NCBI GenBank assembly: GCA_016124755.1
Contig: WGNA01000005.1
Coordinates: 178,684 to 242,683 of the forward strand
DNA: 64,000 bases
Source: Bacteroidota bacterium
Lineage (GTDB): Bacteria; Bacteroidota; Bacteroidia; NS11-12g; UBA9320
Direction: 5' to 3'
Below are positions 29,140 to 39,543 of the stretch, in pieces (within the stretch, counting starts at the first letter, position 1; each line of letters opens with the position of its first letter). Position numbers and translations under genes: made by a program. Below the pieces are notes generated by a model. That model was not told where the DNA came from, made no database searches, and worked only from the letters and a program-made list of their open reading frames with translations.

Positions 29140-30092
29140 AAATTCTCATTATCCGTTTTAGTTCCATTGGAGATATTGTTCTCACGACCCCGGTTGTGCG
29201 GTGTCTTAAAAAACAAATTCCCGATTGCGAGATTCATTATTTTACCAAACCCGGATTCAGGTCTTTATTAAAATTCAATCCTTACATCGACCGGGTGATC
29301 ACGCTCGATGAACCGAATCTCACACATCAACTCAGAGCAGAAAAGTATGATCATATAATTGATTTGCACAACAACCTCAGAACCTGGAAATACGCTGCTC
29401 TTCTCGGCCGAAGGTTTCATCGTTTTAATAAAATCAATCTGGCAAAATGGCTTGCGGTGCAGAAGTTAGCGAACCGGCTTCCCGATATTCATGTGGTTGA
29501 CAGATATATGAATACCGTGTCTTTTCTCGGGATTAAAAACGATGAGAAAGGACTCGACTATTTCCCGGATCCGGCGACACCCGAAATTTCAGGATTACCG
29601 GAAGCGCCTTTTTTGGTAGCCGCTATCGGAGGTCAGCACGAAACCAAAAAAATGCCGGTGGCCAAATGGCGGGAATTGTTTAATGCCGTGAGTTGCCCGA
29701 TTGTTCTGATTGGCGGAAAAGAGGATACGGAGGCCGGAAATCAGATTTCCTCCGGCTTTATAAACGCCGTAAATCTTTGCGGAAAACTTAGCATTGATCA
29801 AAGTGCGCTGGTAATTAAAAAATCCCGGTTGGTAGTAACACACGATACGGGAATGATGCACATCGCCAGCGCTTTAAAAAAAACTATTCTGGCTATCTGG
29901 GGAAATACAATTCCGGAATTCGGTATGTATCCTTATTTACCCGGAGAAGGTTCCGAAAATTTTGAAGTGAAGAATCTGGGATGTCGCCCATGCAGTAAAA
30001 TTGGTTCTGATGTGTGCCCCAACGGCCACTTCCTCTGCATGAAAAATCAGAACACGAACAAGATGGCTGAATCAGTGAACCGGTTTTTTTGA
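29136..30092 (+). CDS. Glycosyltransferase family 9 (heptosyltransferase-like)
   Basis: IIRFSSIGDIVLT, THDTGMMHIA, CRPCSKIG; TTG start overlapping the nfeD stop. Confidence 0.88.
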   Translation: MKILIIRFSSIGDIVLTTPVVRCLKKQIPDCEIHYFTKPGFRSLLKFNPYIDRVITLDEPNLTHQLRAEKYDHIIDLHNNLRTWKYAALLGRRFHRFNKINLAKWLAVQKLANRLPDIHVVDRYMNTVSFLGIKNDEKGLDYFPDPATPEISGLPEAPFLVAAIGGQHETKKMPVAKWRELFNAVSCPIVLIGGKEDTEAGNQISSGFINAVNLCGKLSIDQSALVIKKSRLVVTHDTGMMHIASALKKTILAIWGNTIPEFGMYPYLPGEGSENFEVKNLGCRPCSKIGSDVCPNGHFLCMKNQNTNKMAESVNRFF

Positions 30093-31151
30093 AGGGAAAA
30101 GATACGAAAGGATAATGCTCACGAAGAGAATGCCTGCGACAATCATCAATGAAATTTTATTGTTGATTCCCAACACATCTTCAAACCAGTGATGCATCAG
30201 CATTTTTAGTCCGATGTAAATCAGAAGCACTCCCAATCCGATTTTCAGGAATCGGAAAAGATGCATAACATTAGAAAGCAAAAAGAACATCGATCTCAAA
30301 CCCATTATGGCAAAAATGTTTGAGAAGAAAACGATGTACGGATCTTTGGTAACCACGAAGATGGCCGGTACCGAATCCACGGCAAAAATGAGGTCTGAAA
30401 ATTCAATTACGATCAGCACAATAAAGAGCGGAGTAACCCAGAGTCGCATATCCTTCTTTACAAAAAACCGCTCGCCAATGTATCTGGGGAAAACCGGAAA
30501 AACATTGCCTACCAGTTTCACCACCGGGTGATTTTTTTCATCAATTTTTTCCTCTTTGTCGCCTCTGATAAGGATTCGGCCGCCGCTGTAAATAAGAAAT
30601 GCCCCGAATACATACAGCACCCAACTAAATTGTTGAATAATGGCAGAACCGGCGAAAATGAAAACAAAGCGCATCACTAAAGCACCGAGAACTCCCCAAA
30701 ACAAAACGCGTTTGAAATATCGCTCCCGAACACCAAAGGTTTGAAAAATCAGGAGCATCACGAAGATGTTGTCGACACTAAGGGCATACTCAATAAAGTA
30801 TCCGGTGAGATATTCGAGTGACAGGTTTGTGCGATAAACCTTGAGCGCTTCCTCGAATGAAAGCCCGTCGATATTGATTTTGTGCTGAAAGTGTTTAACG
30901 AGGTATTTCAGATCATCCAGATCTCTTGGGCCGTGAAGTATCTGTCCCCGGTTGAGAATTAAAAAATAAAAACCGATACCACAAATAACCCAGATGGTCG
31001 ACCAGATGAGAGCTTCCTTGAAACCAACTACTTTGTTCTCTTTTGAAAAAATACCCAAATCGAGCATCAGCACAAAGAGGATGAAGACAATAAAAACGGA
31101 AAAGAAAATGAGTTCGCTGGATCTGATCGTCAGCAAGAGGTTTCCTGTCAT
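30072..31151 (-). CDS. TerC/Alx family metal homeostasis membrane protein
   Basis: EYALSVDNIFV, LFWGVLGAL.MR, DLIFAVDSVPAI, NIFAIMGLRS. Confidence 0.92.
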   Translation of the reverse strand: MTGNLLLTIRSSELIFFSVFIVFILFVLMLDLGIFSKENKVVGFKEALIWSTIWVICGIGFYFLILNRGQILHGPRDLDDLKYLVKHFQHKINIDGLSFEEALKVYRTNLSLEYLTGYFIEYALSVDNIFVMLLIFQTFGVRERYFKRVLFWGVLGALVMRFVFIFAGSAIIQQFSWVLYVFGAFLIYSGGRILIRGDKEEKIDEKNHPVVKLVGNVFPVFPRYIGERFFVKKDMRLWVTPLFIVLIVIEFSDLIFAVDSVPAIFVVTKDPYIVFFSNIFAIMGLRSMFFLLSNVMHLFRFLKIGLGVLLIYIGLKMLMHHWFEDVLGINNKISLMIVAGILFVSIILSYLFPSKKPVH

Positions 31152-31255
31152 CGTAAATCGGCGGCAAAATTAACCATTATTACCTCTGAGGGTGAATGAG
31201 TATTCTTAGATGACTCCATACAATAGATTTAATTTTGGAGCCGTATAATGGTCAC

Positions 31256-32350
31256 ATGAACAGAATTACAGCACTCTTACTAATACTACTTCCGGCACTG
31301 GCTTTCCCGCAGGCAACCCGCCGTACTCCGTTTGAAAAGCTCGAGAAAAAAAATGATCTCTATTACTTAGATGGAAAGCTCTTTACCGGAATCAGTTTGT
31401 TGCTTTATCCCGAATACGCTAAAGCCAAAACTAAAAAATGGCAGGAGATCGAATGGACAAACGGAAAGATTAACGGCTACTTCAGAACTTGGAATAAAAA
31501 CGGACTGATGATTCAGGAAGTTTATTACAGCAATGGTGTTCGACACGGTTCCTATAAAGGATGGTACGACAACGGTAAACCGGCCGTAACTACTACCTAC
31601 AAAAACGGAGAAAAAGACGGACTATTCAAAGAGTTTTATGAAAACGGACTGAGAAAAAAAGAGGCAAATTATGTTGCGGGAAAGGAAGAAGGAAAAGTTA
31701 CGATCTGGTTTGAAACCGGATCGGTTGAACAGGTTGCAGATTATAAAAACGGACTTCCCGACGGAAAGGTAATTTATTACACCACTACCGGAAATGTGCG
31801 CAAAGAAATTTCCTATAAAGCCGGACTTCGGCATGGGAAAACAATTGTGTATCACATCAACGGAGTGATCGGCGAAGAAGCAGAATACAAAAACGGTTAT
31901 CTCGACGGTATAAAAACGGTTTACGATCAGGCACAAAAACCTTTGGAAACCGAATCATACAAAAACGGAAAGCTTGATGGTCCGAGCATAAAGTACGATT
32001 TCAACGGGTTGAAACTCGAAGAGACAAATTACAAAGAGGGTTTAAAAAACGGAACCTATACCAAGTGGTCGGGGTTGATAATCGATACCAAAGGTGAGTA
32101 TGAAAATGATCTTCGTCAAGGGCCCTGGATTGAAGATGCAACAAATGAAGATTCGAAATCGTACGGCAATTATGTCGACGACAAAAAACACGGACATTGG
32201 GTGATCGGTAAAAGCCGTTTATTCGGTAAACAGGAAGGAGATTTTTACAAAGGATTAAAAGACGGAACCTGGACAGTTTACAATCACGATGGCAAAAAAA
32301 TACGCACCGAAAAATGGGATAAAGGCACACTTCTCAGTGTTTCAGAATAA
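31256..32350 (+). CDS. MORN-variant repeat protein (YwqK-like)
   Basis: Repeated Y.NG...G....(W/Y)Y.NG; signal peptide from MNRIT. Confidence 0.85.
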   Translation: MNRITALLLILLPALAFPQATRRTPFEKLEKKNDLYYLDGKLFTGISLLLYPEYAKAKTKKWQEIEWTNGKINGYFRTWNKNGLMIQEVYYSNGVRHGSYKGWYDNGKPAVTTTYKNGEKDGLFKEFYENGLRKKEANYVAGKEEGKVTIWFETGSVEQVADYKNGLPDGKVIYYTTTGNVRKEISYKAGLRHGKTIVYHINGVIGEEAEYKNGYLDGIKTVYDQAQKPLETESYKNGKLDGPSIKYDFNGLKLEETNYKEGLKNGTYTKWSGLIIDTKGEYENDLRQGPWIEDATNEDSKSYGNYVDDKKHGHWVIGKSRLFGKQEGDFYKGLKDGTWTVYNHDGKKIRTEKWDKGTLLSVSE

Positions 32351-32417
32351 GCCTTAATGCAGTTTGCAAATACAATTGCGTACTGCTACTTTTGGGGCTC
32401 ATTATTTTGAATATCAG

Positions 32418-32807
32418 ATGAAAAAAATAGTACTTACCTTATTTGTTGCGCTCTTTGTTTCCGGCTCCTTTATGTCTTGTAAAGATGATGGCGAAACCTC
32501 AACCACCAACACCAGCACAGGCAAATTAACGGATAGTGACAAAAAGAAACTTTACGATAAAGTTTGGTATTCTACCAGTTCTTCCGGTGGTATCGAACAC
32601 GAATTCTTAAGTGACAATACCCTCCGACTTTCCTTGTCTTTAGAGGGAAGATGGTACTGGCAAAACAACGGTGACACTATGAACATCTCGGACCCAAGCG
32701 GTTCTAAATACAAATACCTGTTCACCAGCATTACCGATCACAACATTTCATTTAAGAACAGTGTCGATAACTACGCCGGCACCTATACGTACAAAGACTC
32801 AAAGTAA
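32418..32807 (+). CDS. Hypothetical lipoprotein
   Basis: MKKIVL...FMSC lipobox followed by KDDGE. Confidence 0.75.
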   Translation: MKKIVLTLFVALFVSGSFMSCKDDGETSTTNTSTGKLTDSDKKKLYDKVWYSTSSSGGIEHEFLSDNTLRLSLSLEGRWYWQNNGDTMNISDPSGSKYKYLFTSITDHNISFKNSVDNYAGTYTYKDSK

Positions 32808-32846
32808 AAATCTCAACTGCCAGAATAACCGCTTCCGGCTCTGGCA

Positions 32847-32854
32847 TAATTTTG
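32847..32854 (+). promoter_or_regulatory. Bacteroidota -7 promoter element (TAATTTTG) for secA
   Basis: TAnnTTTG 55 bp upstream of ATG 32910. Confidence 0.55.
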
Positions 32855-32909
32855 CACCGACAGCCGAAAACGGTTCCCATTGCAGGGTGACCGTATATCT
32901 TCTTTAATT

Positions 32910-35900
32910 ATGCTTAATAAAATCGTAAAGGGAATCTCCGGAATATTTGGGAACAAGGCAGAACGCGACATGAAAGAGTTGCAGCCTTATGTTGGTAAAA
33001 TCAACGAACATTTCAATTTATACCGGAACCTTTCTCATGATAAGTTACGGGGTAAGACCACCGAATTTATAAGTCGCATTGATCAACATCTCAAAACCAT
33101 TGATGACAAGATTGCCGAACTGCGCTTTCAGATCAAAAATGCCAATTCAGAATTAATCGAAGAAAGAGAGGGTTGGTACAAGGAAATTGATGATCTCGAA
33201 GAAAACCGGAACGAGGAGTTAGAGAAAATACTGCTCGAAATTCTACCGGAGGCCTTTGCAGTTGTGAAAGAAACCGCACGACGATTTACTGAGAATGATG
33301 AGATTTCGGTTGAAGCCACCCAATTCGACCGTGATCTGGCTGCCAACAGAGAACACATTTCTATTCTCGGTTCTTCTGCCATTTATAAAACTTCGTGGCA
33401 GGCCGCCGGTGCAACGGTAAACTGGAACATGGTGCATTACGATGTTCAGTTGATCGGTGGTGTTGTTTTGCATTCCGGAAAAATTGCCGAGATGGCAACG
33501 GGTGAAGGAAAAACTCTGGTTTCTACACTGCCCGCCTATCTCAACGCTTTGGGCAAAAGAGGAGTTCACGTTGTAACGGTCAACGACTATTTGGCCCGAC
33601 GTGACTGCGAATGGAACGCTCCGATTTTTCAGTTTCACGGTTTGTCGGTTGATTGTATCGACTATTATCGTCCGAACAGTGAAGAGCGAAGAAAAGCATA
33701 TCAGGCAGATATCACCTATGGAACTAACAACGAGTTTGGTTTCGACTATCTGAGAGACAACATGGCACATTCGCCTGACGATCTGGTTCAGCGAAAACAC
33801 CATTATGCAATGATCGATGAGGTTGACTCGGTTTTAATTGATGATGCCCGTACTCCGTTAATTATTTCCGGTCCCATTCCGCGTGGCGATCAACACGAAT
33901 TTGCTGAACTCAAACCACGGATAAACAAAATAGTGGAAGCGCAGAAGCGATATCTTTCCACTGCTCTTACCGATGCCAAAAAACTCATTGCCGAAGGAAA
34001 AGACAAGGAAGGCGGGCTATTGTTGTTCAGGGCATATCGCGGTTTACCAAAGTCGAAACCCCTCATTAAATATCTCGGTGAACAGGGAATTAAAGCCCTG
34101 ATGCTAAAAACAGAAAACTACTATCTGCAAGACCAGCAAAAAGAAATGCATAAGGTTGATGCGGAACTGTATTTCACAATCGATGAAAAAAACAATCAGG
34201 TTGAATTAACCGATAAAGGAATTGAATTAATCACCGCTTCCGGGGAAGACAAGAATTTCTTTATTATTCCGGATGTCGGAGCTGCAGTTGCCGACCTCGA
34301 AAAAGCCGGACTTTCAGCCGAAGAATACCGAAGGAGACGCGACGAAGTGATGCGGGATTTTTCTGTAAAGTCTGAACGGATTCACTCGGTTAACCAGTTA
34401 CTGAAAGCGTATACTCTTTTTGAAAGAGATGTTGAATACATCGTTCAGGACAACAAGGTAAAAATTGTTGATGAACAAACCGGTCGTGTGATGGACGGTC
34501 GGCGATACAGTGATGGCTTGCATCAGGCGATTGAAGCCAAGGAAAATGTAAAAGTGGAAGCTGCCACTCAAACCTTCGCCACCATTACTCTCCAGAATTA
34601 TTTCCGTATGTATCACAAGCTGTCCGGTATGACCGGAACAGCGGAAACGGAAGCCGGTGAATTCTGGGAAATCTACGAACTCGATGTAACCGTAATTCCA
34701 ACCAATAAACCGATTGTTCGCGACGACCGCGAAGATCTCGTTTACAAAACAAAGCGCGAGAAGTATAACGCCGTTATCGAAACCATTCTCGAACTTCAGG
34801 AAGCCGGAAGACCTGTGCTCGTGGGTACTACATCTGTGGAAGTTTCTGAAACACTGAGCCGGATGCTCAACCTCAGAAAAATCAAACACAACGTACTGAA
34901 CGCAAAGCAACACCAACGGGAAGCCGAAATTGTTGCCGAAGCAGGTTTAACCGGTGCGGTTACCATTGCGACAAACATGGCTGGTCGGGGAACGGATATC
35001 AAACTTTCTCCGGATGTAATTAAATCCGGTGGTCTGGCGATTCTCGGTACAGAAAGACACGAATCCCGCCGGGTGGATCGCCAGTTACGCGGTCGTGCCG
35101 GTCGTCAGGGAGATCCGGGTTCTTCGCAATTCTTTGTTTCCATGGAAGACGACCTGATGCGGTTGTTCAACTCTGATCGGGTTGTGCGCATTATGGATAG
35201 AATCGGGTACGACGAAGGTGAAGTCATTCAACATTCGATGATCACTAAAACCATCGAGCGATCGCAAAAGAAAGTTGAGCAAAACAACTTTGGTATTCGA
35301 AAGAGACTGTTGGAATACGACGACGTAATGAACAAACAACGGGTAGTTGTTTACGGTCGCCGACGACATGCTTTGCACGGAGAAAGACTTTCGGTTGATA
35401 TCAACAATGCACTTTACGATTGGTGCGAAGCCAAGGTAGTCGAGTACCAGGACATTTCGGATTTTGAAGGTTTCAAAATGGAATGTTTACGCCACATGGC
35501 GTATGAACCGGAATTTACCGAAGAACAATTCCTCGATGGAAAAGCGGATGTTGTGCAGATGATGTTCGATGAGTTAAAAGTGCATTATCGCGAGAAAAAT
35601 AAATTCATCCGGGATCAGGCACTTCCGGTTTTAGAGAATATTCAACGCGACCGTGGCGACAGAATCGAAAACATTCTGATTCCTTTTACCGACGGACAGA
35701 AGTTGGTGAACGCTCCGGTAAATCTTGCTCTTTCATTAGAAAATAATGGTGAGGCAATTATTGATGCATTCGAACGTCTGATAACTCTTGCCGTAATTGA
35801 TGAAAACTGGAAGGAACATCTTCGCGAACTCGACGATCTGAAGCAGGCTGCCAACAATGCCTCATTAGAACAAAAAGATCCGCTTCTCATTTATAAACTC

Positions 35901-36200
35901 GAATCGTTCAACCTGTTTAAAGACATGGTTGAAAAGATGAATGCGGAAATTCTTGCCTTACTGTTCAGAAGCTATATCCAGAATCAGGATCCGTCTCAGG
36001 TTCGGGAAGCAAGACAGGTTCAACGCCAAGAACCCAGAATGACTGCCGGCAGAACAGATGTTGGTGGTGGTGCAGCACCCGCTCCGGTTGAACGCGAAAG
36101 AGTTCAGCCTGTTCGTACCGAGAAAAAAGTAGGACGTAATGATCTTTGTCCGTGCGGGAGTGGAAAAAAATATAAGAAGTGTCACGGTGCCAATGAATAA
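32910..36200 (+). CDS. secA: Preprotein translocase subunit SecA
   Basis: [46 protein letters not shown] motif [14 protein letters not shown]. Confidence 0.98.
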   Translation: MLNKIVKGISGIFGNKAERDMKELQPYVGKINEHFNLYRNLSHDKLRGKTTEFISRIDQHLKTIDDKIAELRFQIKNANSELIEEREGWYKEIDDLEENRNEELEKILLEILPEAFAVVKETARRFTENDEISVEATQFDRDLAANREHISILGSSAIYKTSWQAAGATVNWNMVHYDVQLIGGVVLHSGKIAEMATGEGKTLVSTLPAYLNALGKRGVHVVTVNDYLARRDCEWNAPIFQFHGLSVDCIDYYRPNSEERRKAYQADITYGTNNEFGFDYLRDNMAHSPDDLVQRKHHYAMIDEVDSVLIDDARTPLIISGPIPRGDQHEFAELKPRINKIVEAQKRYLSTALTDAKKLIAEGKDKEGGLLLFRAYRGLPKSKPLIKYLGEQGIKALMLKTENYYLQDQQKEMHKVDAELYFTIDEKNNQVELTDKGIELITASGEDKNFFIIPDVGAAVADLEKAGLSAEEYRRRRDEVMRDFSVKSERIHSVNQLLKAYTLFERDVEYIVQDNKVKIVDEQTGRVMDGRRYSDGLHQAIEAKENVKVEAATQTFATITLQNYFRMYHKLSGMTGTAETEAGEFWEIYELDVTVIPTNKPIVRDDREDLVYKTKREKYNAVIETILELQEAGRPVLVGTTSVEVSETLSRMLNLRKIKHNVLNAKQHQREAEIVAEAGLTGAVTIATNMAGRGTDIKLSPDVIKSGGLAILGTERHESRRVDRQLRGRAGRQGDPGSSQFFVSMEDDLMRLFNSDRVVRIMDRIGYDEGEVIQHSMITKTIERSQKKVEQNNFGIRKRLLEYDDVMNKQRVVVYGRRRHALHGERLSVDINNALYDWCEAKVVEYQDISDFEGFKMECLRHMAYEPEFTEEQFLDGKADVVQMMFDELKVHYREKNKFIRDQALPVLENIQRDRGDRIENILIPFTDGQKLVNAPVNLALSLENNGEAIIDAFERLITLAVIDENWKEHLRELDDLKQAANNASLEQKDPLLIYKLESFNLFKDMVEKMNAEILALLFRSYIQNQDPSQVREARQVQRQEPRMTAGRTDVGGGAAPAPVERERVQPVRTEKKVGRNDLCPCGSGKKYKKCHGANE

Positions 36201-36209
36201 ATTCGAAGT

Positions 36210-36602
36210 ATGCGTATTCTGATTCTTTCGTACTTGGTTTTGCTGTCTGCTATCACCGCATTAGCACAGGGGAAAGTCGAAATTTCCGGTGCCGATAAGC
36301 TGGAAGAAAAAATCAAACAGAAGGTTGAAGAAACAGATACAACGCAGATTTCGGGTTATCGCATTCAGATTTATTTCGGACACAACCGAAACGAAGCATT
36401 AGCGGTTGAGTCAAAATTCAAATCCTATTTTTCTGAATGGAGTTCCGAATGTTATGTGGTTTACTACGAGCCGAACTGGCGGGTGAGAGTTGGGAATTAT
36501 TATTCTAAAATCGACGCCCAACCTATGATGAAGGAACTGCAAAAAGAGTTTGACAATGTCTTTTTGATCCGGGATAAAATTACGCTTCCTGTTTTGCGGT
36601 AA
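36210..36602 (+). CDS. SPOR domain protein
   Basis: GYRIQIY...P.WRVRVG. Confidence 0.85.
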   Translation: MRILILSYLVLLSAITALAQGKVEISGADKLEEKIKQKVEETDTTQISGYRIQIYFGHNRNEALAVESKFKSYFSEWSSECYVVYYEPNWRVRVGNYYSKIDAQPMMKELQKEFDNVFLIRDKITLPVLR

Positions 36603-36619
36603 ATCCAATATGTGTTCAA

Positions 36620-37093
36620 ATGGGTTTATGGAAGCTAATCAGTACTATTAATTCAAAATGTGATGATTCGGGCAGTCTGATCCTTTCTGGTTTCTTCATC
36701 TTTATTCCCGGAATGTACATCTTGCTTTTATTTCTGCGTGAACGTAAAAATGAGATACCCCCTTACATGTACAAATACAGACAATTACTGTTAAACCAGA
36801 ATTTAAGTATGGTCATGTTTTTAATAGGGGTCACATTACTTGGCTGGATATTAATTTTCTATGGCCTCGCCGATAAATCACTCTTTATGCGGATTGAGAA
36901 TAAACTGATTAAGCTTGATTTATTGCCTTTCAGACGATTGTTAGGAGTTACAAATTCTTTCTTCGTTTTAACTTGTTTTATGTGGGTTGTAATCGTGTTC
37001 CTGGTTGCTGTTTTTCATAAACTCAATTTTATTGTTTATAGGAGTTCCTGTCTCGGGCTTGACCTAGATGGTGATTTTCACAAGAATTGTTAA
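36620..37093 (+). CDS. Hypothetical membrane protein (AT-rich)
   Basis: 157-aa ORF with three hydrophobic segments; no family recognised. Confidence 0.4.
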   Translation: MGLWKLISTINSKCDDSGSLILSGFFIFIPGMYILLLFLRERKNEIPPYMYKYRQLLLNQNLSMVMFLIGVTLLGWILIFYGLADKSLFMRIENKLIKLDLLPFRRLLGVTNSFFVLTCFMWVVIVFLVAVFHKLNFIVYRSSCLGLDLDGDFHKNC

Positions 37094-37094
37094 T

Positions 37095-37179
37095 ACGGGA
37101 ACCAATTTTTGATAAATAATGAATGTGTCTGCGGAGCACTGAAACACCGCTTCTGCCAAACCTGTGTTATGTGCAGTTT
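37095..37179 (-). repeat. Truncated attC-like / Bacteroidota gene-cassette-associated repeat remnant
   Basis: Directly after the 37182 stop: AACTGCACATAACACAGGTTTGGCAGAAGCGG...GTGCTCCGCAGACACATT; the distal GTT arm is missing. Confidence 0.45.
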
Positions 37180-37181
37180 AA

Positions 37182-37643
37182 CTATCCATTTTTCTGTTTC
37201 ATATAGTTTAGCAAGTCAAGGATGTGTTGTTGGGTATGACCGTAGAAAGTGAGTTGAAAACACCAAAGTCCGTCTGCCATACTGTTTGTTTCAACTCGCC
37301 ATTTTATTTCTAACAGGTCAATTATAATGTCTGTAAGATCATCAATAGCGTCACCAATGCCATGACCTGCTTTATTGTCAAGGTCAGTATAGTCTATTAC
37401 TGTTTTGTAGAGCCCAAAGTCTGGGAAATTGCTTTCTACATTTGGTCTGATTTCAGGCAGTTTTTGTTTGTCAAAGTCAGCGAAGTCCGTTTCATCAAAA
37501 GTGTATTCAATATCAAAGTATAAATTATAGATCTTCACAAGAGATTTTTCCAACAATTTATTTCTTTCGTCTTTGTCTGTTGTCAAGTTGGGTTGAAGTC
37601 CATACTTAACTATTTCGTTTATTGTCGGAATAAGTCCTGTCAT
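37182..37643 (-). CDS. Hypothetical protein, DUF5063-like
   Basis: FP.FG.Y...GDAIDDLTDI..DL....W...W.F...HT..H pattern. Confidence 0.55.
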   Translation of the reverse strand: MTGLIPTINEIVKYGLQPNLTTDKDERNKLLEKSLVKIYNLYFDIEYTFDETDFADFDKQKLPEIRPNVESNFPDFGLYKTVIDYTDLDNKAGHGIGDAIDDLTDIIIDLLEIKWRVETNSMADGLWCFQLTFYGHTQQHILDLLNYMKQKNG

Positions 37644-37742
37644 TTAGGTGTATTATAATTTCTAATTTAATTCAAATTTGAAATGACTGGTTACGAAACG
37701 CTTTAAAAGTAGCTATCAAACTCAAAACATTAATTCTCCGTT

Positions 37743-38234
37743 TCACTGGTTTCTCGAAACCCCGCCATATACGGGTTGAAAAACATAATTTTCACAATTG
37801 CATTTCCGGGTAATCTTATAGGTTAATCTTACCCTGCCCTCCGCCTCAACATGTTCTTCGTCCGGCGAACAAATAAATTCTCGTAACGGATATATTGTAT
37901 CTCTACTGATTCTGATATTCCCAAACAGATTGGAACAACCAAAATTCTGATCCACCCAAAAATACACCTCAAAATAATCCTTAAAAATTCGGATTGACGG
38001 TGTTAATTCCGGTGTATCAAGAGCCTGTTGATATTCCTCTAAAGTTCTAAATCTTGGTTGAACGCTAAAGTTCATCAGGTTCGGATTTCTATTAGAAATG
38101 AAACTATCCGGCCAGATCTTCGTGTTCAGATTTGCCTTTGATTTTGATGCTACATACCTATCATTCGAAGTTGTACAACCGAACATGAATACGATCAACA
38201 TCAAGACAATGAACCACAAGGTGATCGGTTTCAT
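37743..38234 (-). CDS. Hypothetical lipoprotein
   Basis: MKPITLWF...MFGC lipobox. Confidence 0.65.
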   Translation of the reverse strand: MKPITLWFIVLMLIVFMFGCTTSNDRYVASKSKANLNTKIWPDSFISNRNPNLMNFSVQPRFRTLEEYQQALDTPELTPSIRIFKDYFEVYFWVDQNFGCSNLFGNIRISRDTIYPLREFICSPDEEHVEAEGRVRLTYKITRKCNCENYVFQPVYGGVSRNQ

Positions 38235-38259
38235 TGAAGTCAAAAGCATATTTTGAAAA

Positions 38260-39516
38260 TCACTTATTCAACAACAACCTCAGGTAAAATCTGGGATCCC
38301 TGAATTTTTTCCGAAGATCAACACTTTCGAACATCGCTGTTAATGTGTCGCGGAACTCTTTGCTTTTTCGCCCTTTGTTTACCACAAAATTGAAGAGCGA
38401 TGGATAGTTCACCATCTTCTGCAACTGGTGACTCATTCTAAATTCGGGTCCGAGATATTTATAAACCCGTTTATCGTATTCCTTCAAAAAGTCCGCATCA
38501 AAACGGTTTTCCTGTAAAGCCAGTTCGCAAACTTCTCCGGCAAATCGTCCGCTGATCATGCCATTGCCAATTCCTTCACCGGTAAACGGATCGATCAGCG
38601 ATGCTGCATCTCCGGTAATGATAAAGCGGTCGGAAGAAATATTTCGCTTCTTCGATCCCATCGGCAATCCCCAACCTCTTGGTGATTCCAACGGTTTGGC
38701 ATTTTTAAATCGATTGCTGATTTCCGGATGGTGCTCAATAATTTTTTTGAGTTCTTCTTTCAGATTAACCTTCTTCTTCGAAACACTATCGCTCAGCATT
38801 CCGATTCCCACATTCGCCCGGTTGTTCGTCATCGGGAAAATCCAGAAATATCCCGGAAGAATATCTTTAATAAAATGCAGTTCGATAAATCCATCGGCAT
38901 CTAATCCTTCAACACCTTCGTAATACTGCCGCAACCCCGCACTGTGATGGAGCGGTTCCATTTTAATATCGAGCAACCTTGCCAGTTTTGAATGGGCTCC
39001 GGTCGCATCAATTAAGATGGATGCGGTTGTGGATTCTCCGTTGCTGAACAGAATATTCACGGAATCCTTTTCAAAATCAACCTGGTTTGCTTCAATGCTG
39101 GTAACCACATCTGCAGTTCCCGCTTTGGCTTTTGAAAAAAGAAAATTATCGAAGTCGGCCCGGCTGGCAATAAAACCCGGAGCTCTGCCATCAGTCGACC
39201 GATCGGTTTTAAACGGAACTTCTAAATTTTTCCCGTTCGGAGCGTAAAAGGAAATTCCCCAACTCGGATGAAAAGCTTCTTTAAGTTGAACCATTTCATC
39301 AACCAATCCGGGAGCTACGCGGTTTAATGTATAAACCACTTTTCCGCTGAGGGCATCACCACAAATTTTATCTCTGGGAAATTCGCATTTGTCAATCAGC
39401 AGATGTCGAATCCCTTTCTGTGACAGATACAAGGAAGCCGTGGAACCGGAAGGACCCGCACCGAGAATTACAACATCGTAGCGACTATTAATCAAGGTCT
39501 GGAATTGAAGCGGCAA
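38260..39516 (-). CDS. Geranylgeranyl-reductase family FAD-dependent oxidoreductase
   Basis: GAGPSG, FPRDKICGD, GYFWIFP, GDAASLIDPFTGEGI. Confidence 0.9.
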   Translation of the reverse strand: MPLQFQTLINSRYDVVILGAGPSGSTASLYLSQKGIRHLLIDKCEFPRDKICGDALSGKVVYTLNRVAPGLVDEMVQLKEAFHPSWGISFYAPNGKNLEVPFKTDRSTDGRAPGFIASRADFDNFLFSKAKAGTADVVTSIEANQVDFEKDSVNILFSNGESTTASILIDATGAHSKLARLLDIKMEPLHHSAGLRQYYEGVEGLDADGFIELHFIKDILPGYFWIFPMTNNRANVGIGMLSDSVSKKKVNLKEELKKIIEHHPEISNRFKNAKPLESPRGWGLPMGSKKRNISSDRFIITGDAASLIDPFTGEGIGNGMISGRFAGEVCELALQENRFDADFLKEYDKRVYKYLGPEFRMSHQLQKMVNYPSLFNFVVNKGRKSKEFRDTLTAMFESVDLRKKFRDPRFYLRLLLNK

Positions 39517-39543
39517 AATTGCCCAATTCCGTTAAGAATTCAC

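Noticed and set aside
31152-31255. yybP-ykoY Mn riboswitch upstream of TerC/Alx
   Set aside because: A TAATTTTG promoter element lies only ~13 bp before the start codon, leaving no room for an aptamer.
31256-32350. Toxin-antitoxin module (YwqK label)
   Set aside because: A common secreted MORN-variant repeat protein with no toxin neighbour.
33128-36185. Numerous antisense ORFs over secA (and over other long genes)
   Set aside because: Antisense shadows of biased codon usage, with no protein-like motifs.
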